DNA from: Euryarchaeota archaeon UBA86
GTDB taxonomy: Archaea; Thermoplasmatota; Poseidoniia; Poseidoniales; Thalassarchaeaceae
Direction of reading: 5' to 3'
Assembly (NCBI GenBank): GCA_002503055.1
Contig: DAQX01000008.1
Coordinates: 81,439-145,438, forward strand
Length of the DNA: 64,000 nucleotides
Of the stretch, positions 38,727 through 48,286 are shown piece by piece. The number at the start of each line of letters is the position of its first letter. Within the stretch, counting starts at the first letter, position 1. The translations under genes and the position numbers were made by a program. Below the pieces are notes generated by a model. The model had not been told where the DNA came from. It searched no databases and saw only the letters and a program-made list of their open reading frames with translations.

Positions 38727-40455
38727 GGGCGTTCACCTGCGGCGCATCAAGTACATGGCTCTCAAACAGGATAGTCTTGAGATGCCTCGTAAGCCCGGAG
38801 TCTATCTGTTCCGGCGCTCGGATGACAGGGTAATGTATGTCGGTAAGGCGACTAATCTACGCTCTCGCGTCCGGTCCTATTTCGCTGCCAACCCTGATCG
38901 TGATATGATTCCCCTTCTAATCAGGGATTCAGATCGTATCGACTTCATTGTAACCAAGAGTCCTAACGATGCGCTCATCCTTGAGCGGCAACTCATCAGA
39001 GAGCACAGGCCGCACTACAATTCGATGTTGAAGGACGATAAATCGTATCCTTTCATCGCCTTGAGTTCAGATGAGTATCCGAGAATCATCTACACCAGAA
39101 ACCCCCCTAAGGATGCAAAGCTATGGGGTCCCTTTTCAGATGCCAAAGCTGCAAAAGAGGTCATCAAGTTAATCAGGCGTTTTTTTGGAATCCGGGATGT
39201 TCGTGATAATCTTCCCTTCGGTTATTTCGAATCATCAGACACAGATGACTATCCGGAACGTGTCAAGGCTGTTGAGAGTATTCTCGATGGGGATGCTTTA
39301 TTGTTGATTGAGAATCTCCAACGAGAAATGGATGAATACAGTAAGAGTCTGCAATATGAAGCGGCAGCTAGGAGTCGTGATCTTATTGCAGCAGTACAGC
39401 AAACACTCGCGCAGCAGGTCATTCACTCAAGATTCTACCAGGAATGTGATGCGGTAGGATTTGCCAATCGGGGTGATCTGGGGGCCATCGTTCTTTTATC
39501 TGCACAGGAGGGTATGATTGTTGGTCAAACGCAATATCCACTAATACATCGTGGAGATATTACAGAATCCGTGTGTCGCGTCCTCTCTGAGCACTATTCC
39601 CAGCGTAAACCACCCAAGACAATCCTTGTTCCATCCCCAATTGGAGAATGGATGGAGGAGTGGTTAACTGAACGCAGAGGATCTAAGGTCGAGGTGAGGA
39701 ATCCACAAAGAGGTGAATTGACCAAATTACGTCGAATGGCAGATGCCAATGCTGAGGCTCAATTAATGCGTAATCAACTCAGACAGAGTGGTAATTTGGA
39801 ACAGAGGGCTGCAATCGATGGAGCGAGATTGCTAGATATGGAAAAATTGGACAATATTGTCTGCTTCGATATGGCTCAGTTGCAAGGAGAGGAGCGTGTG
39901 GGTGCAAGTATCAGCCTTCGTAATGGTCGTCCAGACAAAAAGGAGTACCGGACCTATGTGGTGAAAGATATGTCCATGGATGATGTTCGAATGATGGCTC
40001 ATGTCATTGAAAGATGGCTCAAGAGACAAGAAAAATGGCCTGACCTTTTGCTCATCGATGGTGGAGTCGTTCATCTAAATGAAATTCACAACCTATTGAT
40101 CAATCATGGTTTGATTGATTGTCTTCCTTTAGCATCCCTTTCAAAGCGTGAAGAGACAATTCACAGAATCGACAGAGATGATATCATTCTAGATCGTCGT
40201 GGGCGTGTCCTTGTCTTCGCGCGAGATGAAGCTCATAGATTCGTCAATTCATTCCATCGTAAGAGAAGAGGTAGGGGTGCATTGAGTGACCCCCTCGAAG
40301 AGATAGAAGGAATTGGAGCGAAGAAGATTCAGGCTCTGTTAAGACACTTCGGAGGTAGACGAGGTATCGAGCATGCAAGCATCAGAGAATTGCGTGAAGT
40401 CCCGGGTATTGGCAAGTCGATGGCGGAGCGTATACACCAGCATTTGAATGGCTAA
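38725..40455 (+). CDS. uvrC: Excinuclease ABC subunit C (UvrC). The start is possibly the Met at 38755.
   Basis: An N-terminal GIY-YIG domain (PGVYLF...VMYVGKATNLRSRVRSYF) is followed by a UvrBC-interacting region and a C-terminal HhH (EIEGIGAKK...VPGIGKSMAERI). Confidence 0.85.
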   Translation: MGVHLRRIKYMALKQDSLEMPRKPGVYLFRRSDDRVMYVGKATNLRSRVRSYFAANPDRDMIPLLIRDSDRIDFIVTKSPNDALILERQLIREHRPHYNSMLKDDKSYPFIALSSDEYPRIIYTRNPPKDAKLWGPFSDAKAAKEVIKLIRRFFGIRDVRDNLPFGYFESSDTDDYPERVKAVESILDGDALLLIENLQREMDEYSKSLQYEAAARSRDLIAAVQQTLAQQVIHSRFYQECDAVGFANRGDLGAIVLLSAQEGMIVGQTQYPLIHRGDITESVCRVLSEHYSQRKPPKTILVPSPIGEWMEEWLTERRGSKVEVRNPQRGELTKLRRMADANAEAQLMRNQLRQSGNLEQRAAIDGARLLDMEKLDNIVCFDMAQLQGEERVGASISLRNGRPDKKEYRTYVVKDMSMDDVRMMAHVIERWLKRQEKWPDLLLIDGGVVHLNEIHNLLINHGLIDCLPLASLSKREETIHRIDRDDIILDRRGRVLVFARDEAHRFVNSFHRKRRGRGALSDPLEEIEGIGAKKIQALLRHFGGRRGIEHASIRELREVPGIGKSMAERIHQHLNG

Positions 40456-40466
40456 TCTTCCCACCA

Positions 40467-40480
40467 TTTTTCTTCTTTTT
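40467..40480 (+). terminator. An oligo-T tract just after the uvrC stop.
   Basis: ttttcttctttttc. Archaeal termination is typically at T-runs. Confidence 0.3.
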
Positions 40481-40511
40481 CAGATTATTCCCGGCGGAAC
40501 CCCATGGAAGC

Positions 40512-43457
40512 CTATTCGAAGAATGATTCGTCAACAATTGTGGCTCCATCATCGAGTTTACCGAACTCCGACTCCATGGCTCGTTCGGTGATTTCCTGTT
40601 CCTCGACGCTGGCCTCCTCTGCTTTCTTCTGTTTATGTTCTATCTTCCGCCTCCTACGTCTACTTATTAGCATCCCAATTGCGAAAATCAACATGAAAAT
40701 GTAAGGTGCTAATTCGCCAATAACAAACATCCAACTCACTTCAACTGAATATGATACAATGTCATTGTTTTTGCTGCACTCGGACCAACTAGTAGCTTCA
40801 GGACAGATGGGGGTTCTGTACACCACTACCTGTCTGCCATCTTGCTCAATTAATTCGCCCAAACCTTCTCTACTTTCGAAACTGAGTACTCTAACCGAAG
40901 AAGGAAGATGGATCTCCATTCGAGCCGAAGAACGAATGGTCCCGAACATGGTGTGCTCCATCAGAGGAGTTACCTCAAGGAAGAATTCAACTCCGTCCAA
41001 GTGCACTCCTGATGAGTTAGCCACAGGGTATCCAAATGCAGAAAGAATCTGTCTTGAAATACTGAATCCAATAGATGCAGGCTGCGCGGCGATAGAAATT
41101 TCTTCTCCACGCAACTTGGCACTAACTACTGTAGTCTCGACCTCAAATCCTAGACGCATTGGGACACTGTCTCCTGTCTCGGAGTCAGTGGGCATGGTCA
41201 CCGTATCGAAAACGGCCACCAAAGGAGTGTCTTCGAATGCTCCTGTGATAACATAGGGGCCCATACCGAAGTCCTGAACCGTCTCTATGCTACCAAATGA
41301 CTCGATTATTTCACCAGATTTCATTGTCAACTCATATCCCAGTGACTGCAATCCCTGATTAGATATCTCGAGCATTATAGGATTGTCAACGCCAAGGTCG
41401 AGGGGGGCTTCGAGATCTGAACCAGCAAGTAAGCCGCCGTCTATCCTGTCTCCAATCACAATCCCTCTCCTTAGCAGGTCTGACGGAACGGGACTGAGTT
41501 CGACACCTTTCTCGTCCAATTCTATGCCTAGACGGTATATTTCCAAAACGACCTCGGCTGAGAACTCAACCTCTGCCGCGAATGAGGTCTCTCTGATGGA
41601 GAACTTCTCTATGTCCACCGTGATGTCGAATGAAACACAGGTCATCTGATTGGGGCCGCAGATAAGGTCTGGACTATTCTCCTCGCATGGGTCGGAATCG
41701 ATGCAGATCGGGTTTCTCCAGTCAAAAATTCGAGTACCCTTGAACGCGAAATCCTGCTCCTCTTCTCCCAATGAAGATGCAGTGATTACTACTTTGGATG
41801 GGTCGTCGATAGTGGACTCTATCCACTCAGGAAGATGCAATGTGAGTGTCAACTCTGTATTCGGCATGTTTTCGGGCAGTAGATCGTACAGCCAAGAGGT
41901 GTCGGCCTCCATCTCCACCTCTAGAACATTCATCAGCGAGGCTAAGTCCTCATCAGTGACCTTTGACAGGTCAATAGTTGCGATGTCGCCACCGGTGTTC
42001 TCTAGGATACGTTCCACGACAGAAGCGACTCTCATCGGGGTCGATTGGGAACTGGTCTCAAGCATGATTGGCCAATCTCCACTCATGGCACTCTCGCCCT
42101 CTGTGCAGTAGCGCACCTGCAGAGGTTCCTCGCAGGTCACACCAGGAGTGTGCTGAAATCCTAGGCCCCCGTTCTCATCTGAATCTGAGAACTGTGGTGA
42201 GTCAAACCAAATCTCGGCCCCGAAGGCCTCAGAGAAAGCAGATGACATCTCTGCAATTGGTATTCCCTGAAGTAATGCTGACAGGTCCTCATTTACTTCC
42301 TGATCTAGTAATCTAATTCCATCGGATGAAATCCAAGGAATCTCGATTGTACCATCATGTAGGTCAGCATTCCAATCACTCAATGTCTCAGAGTTGAGAT
42401 GATGGATTGCAATCTGTAGATCAAACATGGAATTCTGAGGATCAGAGGCATCGATTTCGAGATTTATCTTGAGTGAAGGGTCTTGTTCTCCGAATGTGTA
42501 AGTTGGAGTTGTAGTTGGTCTGTGAATGAGCTTGGATTGCAAGACAATCGAAGTAATTGCTGCCTCGGTTACTGCCTGAGTGTTGTCTACTGTCACAATC
42601 GAATAGTACTGAGGGTGCCCGTCGAGGGTTCTACTGAGAATCGTCCCCGGTTCCTCAACACTCTCAGCATTAGCATAGTCTGGTGGCATCACCGAGAGTT
42701 CCAACCAATGTCCCATGGGTGATGTAGCATTGAATTGTGAATTCAGTGAGGCCCCCATTGTTAGCATGCCCTGCATCATTCGATTGATGTCTGAGGTCTC
42801 GGGCTTCAAACCGAAGGCTGCAGTATCGACCTGCATCTGTAGTATTGCTTGGAAGCAGATAGGAGGATGAAACGGATTGTTCTCATATCCGTTGACCTCG
42901 TCAATCGAGTCATAATCGGAGTCATAGATGCATTGAGTGTCGGGCTGCGACTTGTACTCCACCTCAGAGACCGTGGTAATAGTCGTGGTATTGACATTAG
43001 GGAAGTTAATGTCGATGAACTCCTCCATAATCTGTTCCACGCGCTCTAGCATAAGATCGGAAACAGAGTCTCCACTTCCTCTATCAAGGCCCTCATAATT
43101 TCTGATATAATCTGCAGGGATTCCATCCCAAGGAGCGCTGTCTCCCTCAAGATCAAGATCATTTAGATTCAAGTCGTCTCTGGACATCTCGTATACTGCC
43201 ATATCAACCCTCATCTCGACCATTTCGGCATCGGCTACATCTATCTCCACAGAGCTTGCAATCCACTCTGGGCCCGGTGTCAAATCGAGTGAAGAATCGT
43301 AATCGTCACAGACGCCATCGGAACTGTTCCAAGTCGAGCAGATATCATTCGTCACTTCGGGCTGACCAGGGGGTGGTGCGGCTACGACGGTTTGCATCAA
43401 CAAGAGTAGGGTCAATGCAACTGCCGCGCGGCGCATGCCGCGCGGATGGTCAGTCAT
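40512..43457 (-). CDS. Large (981 aa) type-I membrane surface protein with no recognised domains.
   Basis: An N-terminal signal peptide (AAVALTLLLLMQTVVAAPP) is followed by an acidic ectodomain with scattered Cys. The C-terminal TM (YIFMLIFAIGMLI) is followed by an RRRRRK stop-transfer sequence. Confidence 0.55.
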   Translation of the reverse strand: MTDHPRGMRRAAVALTLLLLMQTVVAAPPPGQPEVTNDICSTWNSSDGVCDDYDSSLDLTPGPEWIASSVEIDVADAEMVEMRVDMAVYEMSRDDLNLNDLDLEGDSAPWDGIPADYIRNYEGLDRGSGDSVSDLMLERVEQIMEEFIDINFPNVNTTTITTVSEVEYKSQPDTQCIYDSDYDSIDEVNGYENNPFHPPICFQAILQMQVDTAAFGLKPETSDINRMMQGMLTMGASLNSQFNATSPMGHWLELSVMPPDYANAESVEEPGTILSRTLDGHPQYYSIVTVDNTQAVTEAAITSIVLQSKLIHRPTTTPTYTFGEQDPSLKINLEIDASDPQNSMFDLQIAIHHLNSETLSDWNADLHDGTIEIPWISSDGIRLLDQEVNEDLSALLQGIPIAEMSSAFSEAFGAEIWFDSPQFSDSDENGGLGFQHTPGVTCEEPLQVRYCTEGESAMSGDWPIMLETSSQSTPMRVASVVERILENTGGDIATIDLSKVTDEDLASLMNVLEVEMEADTSWLYDLLPENMPNTELTLTLHLPEWIESTIDDPSKVVITASSLGEEEQDFAFKGTRIFDWRNPICIDSDPCEENSPDLICGPNQMTCVSFDITVDIEKFSIRETSFAAEVEFSAEVVLEIYRLGIELDEKGVELSPVPSDLLRRGIVIGDRIDGGLLAGSDLEAPLDLGVDNPIMLEISNQGLQSLGYELTMKSGEIIESFGSIETVQDFGMGPYVITGAFEDTPLVAVFDTVTMPTDSETGDSVPMRLGFEVETTVVSAKLRGEEISIAAQPASIGFSISRQILSAFGYPVANSSGVHLDGVEFFLEVTPLMEHTMFGTIRSSARMEIHLPSSVRVLSFESREGLGELIEQDGRQVVVYRTPICPEATSWSECSKNNDIVSYSVEVSWMFVIGELAPYIFMLIFAIGMLISRRRRRKIEHKQKKAEEASVEEQEITERAMESEFGKLDDGATIVDESFFE

Positions 43458-43498
43458 CCACCATAAGTCTGAATCCGGAATGCGTCGTCAGAGAGGCG

Positions 43499-44374
43499 AT
43501 GCACCGGCAGGACCCTCACGGCCGACTACGTGAAAGCATCGCCCAATTGATTCAACAAGAGAGTGCTGATACATCTCTCTTAGAGGTGATTCCAAAGCGT
43601 TGGGAGAAGTTTGCTGATGTCGCACTTTTTCAGCATGATTCGTTCTCAGAGAAAGGTTGGTCTTCCATCAATCAGGCTGATCTTTGGGCTGCGGTGGCAA
43701 ACGCACTGAAAGTTGAGAGGATTGGGCGAGTTAGCGAGATTGTGGGTGAGAAGAGAGAGCCTACCGTAGAGCTGGTGCTCGGTGAGGATGATTGGGTCAT
43801 CAGAAGAGAGAATGGAATAGACTACGGGTACAATCTCACCAAGTGTATGTTCTCAGCCGGGAATGTAAACGAGCGTCGTAGGATGGGAGAGGTTGCAAAA
43901 CAAGACGAAGTTGTTCTCGATCTATATGCAGGAATAGGTTACTACACTCTCCCCATACTAGTGCAATCACAGGTAAATCATGTCCACTGCTGCGAGTGGA
44001 ATACCAATTCAGTCAAGGCTCTGGAGTCAAATCTGAAGATAAATGATGTTTCAGATAGATGTTCAGTTTATGTCGGCGATAATCGAATTACTGGGGATGG
44101 TTTGAAAGGTATTGCAGACAGAGTTATTCTAGGCCTTCTACCATCTTCACAGGGAGGTTATTCTGTGGCTATGCAATCACTAAGTGAGTCAGGAGGTATG
44201 TTGCATATTCATGGAGTTGCTCCTGCAAAGGACTACTCTGCTTGGGTTGGCGGAATATTGGATGAGTTGAGGTCAATCGATATGCATAGAATCGTCAATG
44301 AGACTGCACTGATTCGTGTCAAGAGTTACGCCCCTCACTGGGATCATGTAGTTCTAGATGTGTCAGTCGAGTGA
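43499..44374 (+). CDS. Trm5/Taw2-family class I SAM-dependent tRNA methyltransferase (Met-10+ like). The longer ORF from 43256 overlaps the upstream gene.
   Basis: VVLDLYAGIGYYTLPI matches the SAM motif I of Trm5/Tyw2. Confidence 0.65.
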   Translation: MHRQDPHGRLRESIAQLIQQESADTSLLEVIPKRWEKFADVALFQHDSFSEKGWSSINQADLWAAVANALKVERIGRVSEIVGEKREPTVELVLGEDDWVIRRENGIDYGYNLTKCMFSAGNVNERRRMGEVAKQDEVVLDLYAGIGYYTLPILVQSQVNHVHCCEWNTNSVKALESNLKINDVSDRCSVYVGDNRITGDGLKGIADRVILGLLPSSQGGYSVAMQSLSESGGMLHIHGVAPAKDYSAWVGGILDELRSIDMHRIVNETALIRVKSYAPHWDHVVLDVSVE

Positions 44375-44413
44375 TTCCGTCGAACTCAAGTCAAACGGCC
44401 TCGACCCGCGTAC

Positions 44414-45103
44414 ATGGCAGGCGACTGGTTGGCTGAAGCCGCAGCCGCCTACAATGCCGATTCTATCCAATCGAAGGATGCTTATCCGGCTCATGTCCTA
44501 GTGCCAATAGATGCTCTCTCGACAATTCTAGAGTGGACATTTCAATCGCTTCCTGATGAGATACTTGTAGGGATGGATACAGATACATCTCTGCCACATC
44601 GTGCCGATGTCGAGGACGCCTTGCGAGGTTCTGACTTCGAGGATGGGCTGTTCTCTGGGCAGGGATTTGTACTCGGAGATCCTCACTTGGTGAATCGAGG
44701 AGATTCATTCTCAGTACATCATGTCCCCGAGGAGTGGATGGATGGGCTCTTCGACACCTCTCGTGGGGTCCGAGGTGGTCGCTTCTCATTCTGGCTTCAT
44801 ACTCACCCCAATGCACCAGCAATTCCGAGCGGTGCTGATGCAGAGTCTGCTCAGTGGACCGAGGGTTGCGACATGATTCTGGGTGTGCGATACTCTCCTG
44901 AGGGGATGCTGCCTTGGCTTGAGGGAGTAGAAGGAGAGCGTAGAGAACTGGTACCTACTGAGGATAATCGTCCAGTACTAGGGCGTGCTGTTACAGGGCA
45001 TCTGATTCACGGCCTAGAGTTGATTGCGTTTCACCGTAGAGGTTTCGGAATCAATGTACTGCTAACCGATTCTACTGGAGTACCGATAGGTTGGGATGAA
45101 TAG
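44414..45103 (+). CDS. JAMM/MPN+ family metalloprotease-like protein.
   Basis: LHTHPNAPAIPSGAD matches H-x-H-x7-S-x2-D. Confidence 0.55.
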   Translation: MAGDWLAEAAAAYNADSIQSKDAYPAHVLVPIDALSTILEWTFQSLPDEILVGMDTDTSLPHRADVEDALRGSDFEDGLFSGQGFVLGDPHLVNRGDSFSVHHVPEEWMDGLFDTSRGVRGGRFSFWLHTHPNAPAIPSGADAESAQWTEGCDMILGVRYSPEGMLPWLEGVEGERRELVPTEDNRPVLGRAVTGHLIHGLELIAFHRRGFGINVLLTDSTGVPIGWDE

Positions 45104-45646
45104 TCACTCTTCTGGAACAAAGATGTGTTGACGATAGTATTCCAGTTCGGCGATGCTTCCTTTGATGTCGTCGAGAGCCCTGTGTCCTGCTGGCTTTGTG
45201 GCTCTTGGCAGATTGGGATACCACCTATCTGCAAGCTGCTTGATGGATGTCACATCGACGCTGCGATAGTGGAAGAAGTCGTGTAGATTTGGCATGTAGC
45301 GCCTGAGGAATCGCCTATCTTGCCCTATGGTATTTCCACATAGTGGAGGCTGCCCCTGCCTACAGTGCTGGCTTACGAAATCTAATGTCAACTGCTCAGC
45401 CTCAGCCATCGAAATGCCCTCGTTTCGGACTCTATCCAAAAGACCATTCTGCGTATGGTGAGTGATGTTCCAGTCATCCATCTTTGCTAACTCTGACTCG
45501 GGCTGCAAGATAGCGATGGCTGGTCCAATTGCGACGATATCTAGGTCTCCTTCAGTCACTATTGTTGCAATCTCGATAATCGTGTTCTCGTCGGGGTCTA
45601 GACCTGTCATCTCAAGATCAATCCAGACTAAGCGCTCATCGACCAT
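45104..45646 (-). CDS. orn: Oligoribonuclease (DEDDh 3'-5' exonuclease).
   Basis: WIDLEMTGLDPDENTIIEIA, HHTQNGL and GHRALDDI are present. The match to Orn runs nearly full length. Confidence 0.85.
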   Translation of the reverse strand: MVDERLVWIDLEMTGLDPDENTIIEIATIVTEGDLDIVAIGPAIAILQPESELAKMDDWNITHHTQNGLLDRVRNEGISMAEAEQLTLDFVSQHCRQGQPPLCGNTIGQDRRFLRRYMPNLHDFFHYRSVDVTSIKQLADRWYPNLPRATKPAGHRALDDIKGSIAELEYYRQHIFVPEE

Positions 45647-45726
45647 GTAATCGCCTCCGGCCGTTCGGTCTTATTGCTTCCCTTCCGTGGGCCACAATGA
45701 TAGCATACAAGCGTCGGCCTTGACCT

Positions 45727-46989
45727 ATGGTGAAGATTGGATATCTCAAATTGCTTAGGGAAAACCGTCCCTTCAGACGGTTATTCTTCGCCAATGAGAT
45801 CTCATACATCGGTGATTGGTTTACGGTCATCGCTCTGTTCATCCTCGCAGGTGAGGCTACAGACAACTCTCCCTTGGCCATAGCAGGAGTTCTGGCCTCA
45901 CGAAGTTTCTCCCTAGCAGCATTCACACCATTCTCTGGAATGCTGGCTGATAGATACTCTCGTCGAGGATTGATGATTCTGGCTAACCTGTCTTCGCTAT
46001 TCATACTCGTAGCTGTGCTATTGTTCGAACTTCTGAATAATCTGACCTCTGTGTATGTTCTCGCTGTAGTGATGGTGGCTGCAAGAGCCGTATTCGATCC
46101 TGCAGAGTATGCATACCTGCCCAACATTTGCAATGAAGAAGAGTTGCTAACTGCCAATGCATTGGCTTCGGGTGGATGGTCAGTAGCTCTAGGCCTTGGT
46201 TCCGCCATAGGCGGGTTGACAATCTCGGCCTATGGAATTGAGACGGCCCTCTGGATCGACTGTGCGACCTTCGCTCTGGCGGCCATTGGAGTAATGACAT
46301 TGCCCCCAGGTGGACCCGATAGTTCAGAGAAGCGTAGTGTAGCTCCTTCAGTGGTACTTGGCGAGATTATAGACGGTTGGAAGTACATCTACTCCAATCC
46401 TCCTGTCCGTAGGATTGTGCTAGCAAAGGGACTCTGGGCCTCTGGAGGAGGCGCTCAAGTTTTCCTTCTGATACTAATCGGAATGGAGGCTGGTTTCGGT
46501 GAAGTGGCTGCTGGTGTAGGCATTCTTTTCATGGCTCGTGGCTTTGGTAGCGGGTTTGGTCCGTTGGCTGGAAGGCCACTGATGGAGAATAATTCATTGA
46601 AACCCTATCTGATTGGCCTATCAGTTGGAGTATGTGGTGCGTTCTACATCGCTGTATCTGCGGTGGAATGGTCCGAGATTGTTCTATTGTTGGTATTCCT
46701 ATCTCATGCAGCAAGTGGACTGAATTGGGTACTATCCACTACTTTCCTACAAGAGAGATCTGATGATGAATGGCGAGGCAGAGTTGCTGGAACTGATCAT
46801 TTTGTCATCACTCTGATGATGGGTATATCAGCCATAAGTGCTGGATATATCATGGATAATGGAATACTTTCTCTCAGAGAAGTAATCGCACTTACTGGTA
46901 TTGTACAGATAGTACTCGGATTAATCTGGGTATTCGCGATTTCTCCGAGGGAGAAAGAGGCCCTAAACCAGTCTTTGCAGACCAGCTAG
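45727..46989 (+). CDS. MFS transporter.
   Basis: It has about 12 TM segments. An MFS loop motif (..GMLADRYSRRG..) lies between TM2 and TM3. Confidence 0.8.
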   Translation: MVKIGYLKLLRENRPFRRLFFANEISYIGDWFTVIALFILAGEATDNSPLAIAGVLASRSFSLAAFTPFSGMLADRYSRRGLMILANLSSLFILVAVLLFELLNNLTSVYVLAVVMVAARAVFDPAEYAYLPNICNEEELLTANALASGGWSVALGLGSAIGGLTISAYGIETALWIDCATFALAAIGVMTLPPGGPDSSEKRSVAPSVVLGEIIDGWKYIYSNPPVRRIVLAKGLWASGGGAQVFLLILIGMEAGFGEVAAGVGILFMARGFGSGFGPLAGRPLMENNSLKPYLIGLSVGVCGAFYIAVSAVEWSEIVLLLVFLSHAASGLNWVLSTTFLQERSDDEWRGRVAGTDHFVITLMMGISAISAGYIMDNGILSLREVIALTGIVQIVLGLIWVFAISPREKEALNQSLQTS

Positions 46990-47772
46990 GACAATTAGTG
47001 GTGCAATAGAGAAGACGGCGTTGTTTAGAAGTGAGCGGCTTGAAGCTTTGACTCGCTCAGTTATCCGCCTCTGAATGTCCTCATCGAACTTGTCAATCGC
47101 ATCGCCCGCAGGTCCTCGGACCTGTTCTATTGTGGTCTCGGCGAAGTCAGCAGCAAGATCGAGTAAGTTACGCTTCAAAGCCTGCAATGGTCCATCACGC
47201 GGTGCAGGGACATGTTCTCCATCTACTGTGTGCTCGACATCTATTACATCTCTCCATGGCCGTGGAACCTCAATATCTCCGACTCCCTTGAGTATGTCTC
47301 GTCCTACGACCGCGGCTTGGACTGCGACCTTTGCTGTGGTAAGATTGTACTTAGCGAGAAGTTGGATATCTCTACGAGACCGAGTGACCTTGGTGAAGTC
47401 GGTGATTACCCATGCAGCGCCGGCAATCATTAGCAGTGTGACACCAAGGTCTGGCGTCTCCTCCCAACTTGGCCAGCCTATTGGACCGAACCAGATTCTA
47501 GCCGTGATGGCTATCAGTGCTGGAAGTAGGAACGATAGTACCTCGTTAACTACAATTAGCCAAAATCCTTCGATGGGTAGTTTTCTCAATCTTTGAGAGA
47601 ACCACTTCAGATGTTTCGTTCTCTCGCCAGGAGGTGCATACGTGTTGACCAAATCGATTAGTGGAGGTACTACAAAAATCAGGCGTAGAATAAATGGGAT
47701 GATGAGAATAAGAAGATAAGCGTCCCAAGGTGAAGCCGGAGGTAGACTTGGGAAGGCAATCGCCTCTGCCAT
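46963..47772 (-). CDS. Hypothetical membrane protein.
   Basis: It has about 4 TM segments and a charged C-terminal half. No homology was recognised. Confidence 0.4.
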   Translation of the reverse strand: MAEAIAFPSLPPASPWDAYLLILIIPFILRLIFVVPPLIDLVNTYAPPGERTKHLKWFSQRLRKLPIEGFWLIVVNEVLSFLLPALIAITARIWFGPIGWPSWEETPDLGVTLLMIAGAAWVITDFTKVTRSRRDIQLLAKYNLTTAKVAVQAAVVGRDILKGVGDIEVPRPWRDVIDVEHTVDGEHVPAPRDGPLQALKRNLLDLAADFAETTIEQVRGPAGDAIDKFDEDIQRRITERVKASSRSLLNNAVFSIAPLIVLAGLQRLV

Positions 47773-47821
47773 TGCTACTCTCTAAACTCCGTGCCTCATC
47801 AACATCACTACGGCGCCGGCA

Positions 47822-48235
47822 TCATCTTGTGGCGACTGAAAGGGCCGAACGTGCCATGATAATGACCAGGATCGTAGAACCGATTAGTGTTCCAGCCAAT
47901 ACCGTAGAGGTCCTTACGAGCATAAGACAGAATCCGGTTATTCCGCAAGCATAACTGATAAACTCGCATCGAGATGCTAGGACTAGGACTGAAGATGGTA
48001 CCATCACGGAGCTTGAGTATTCTCGAATCATTCTGCTCAGTAGTATGTACAACCCTTGGAAAGGAATTGCAATACAGAATAGTGCCATTGCAATCAGCAG
48101 TAGAGTCTCCGGATTTTCTGTCTTCAACTCGCTACCCTTCCAGAATAAGTTGCTGAGGCCCACACTCAGAAGACCCGTGTGAATCAGAGCAGAGGTGGTT
48201 GAGACCGATGTTGCTTCCACCGAATCCGGAACCAT
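47822..48235 (-). CDS. Hypothetical small membrane protein.
   Basis: It has 3-4 predicted TM segments. No homology was recognised. Confidence 0.35.
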   Translation of the reverse strand: MVPDSVEATSVSTTSALIHTGLLSVGLSNLFWKGSELKTENPETLLLIAMALFCIAIPFQGLYILLSRMIREYSSSVMVPSSVLVLASRCEFISYACGITGFCLMLVRTSTVLAGTLIGSTILVIIMARSALSVATR

Positions 48236-48286
48236 GCAAGCGCTCGGCTTCGTAGCACAGTTGAAGATTGCCCTGACTGAGTGGGC

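Noticed and set aside
41383-42316. Several plus-strand ORFs of 80-165 aa inside the 981-aa minus-strand surface protein gene.
   Set aside because: They are antisense shadow ORFs that are Ser-rich and low-complexity.
47075-47596. A 173-aa plus-strand ORF antisense to a membrane protein gene.
   Set aside because: It has no homology. The opposing ORF has coherent TM structure.
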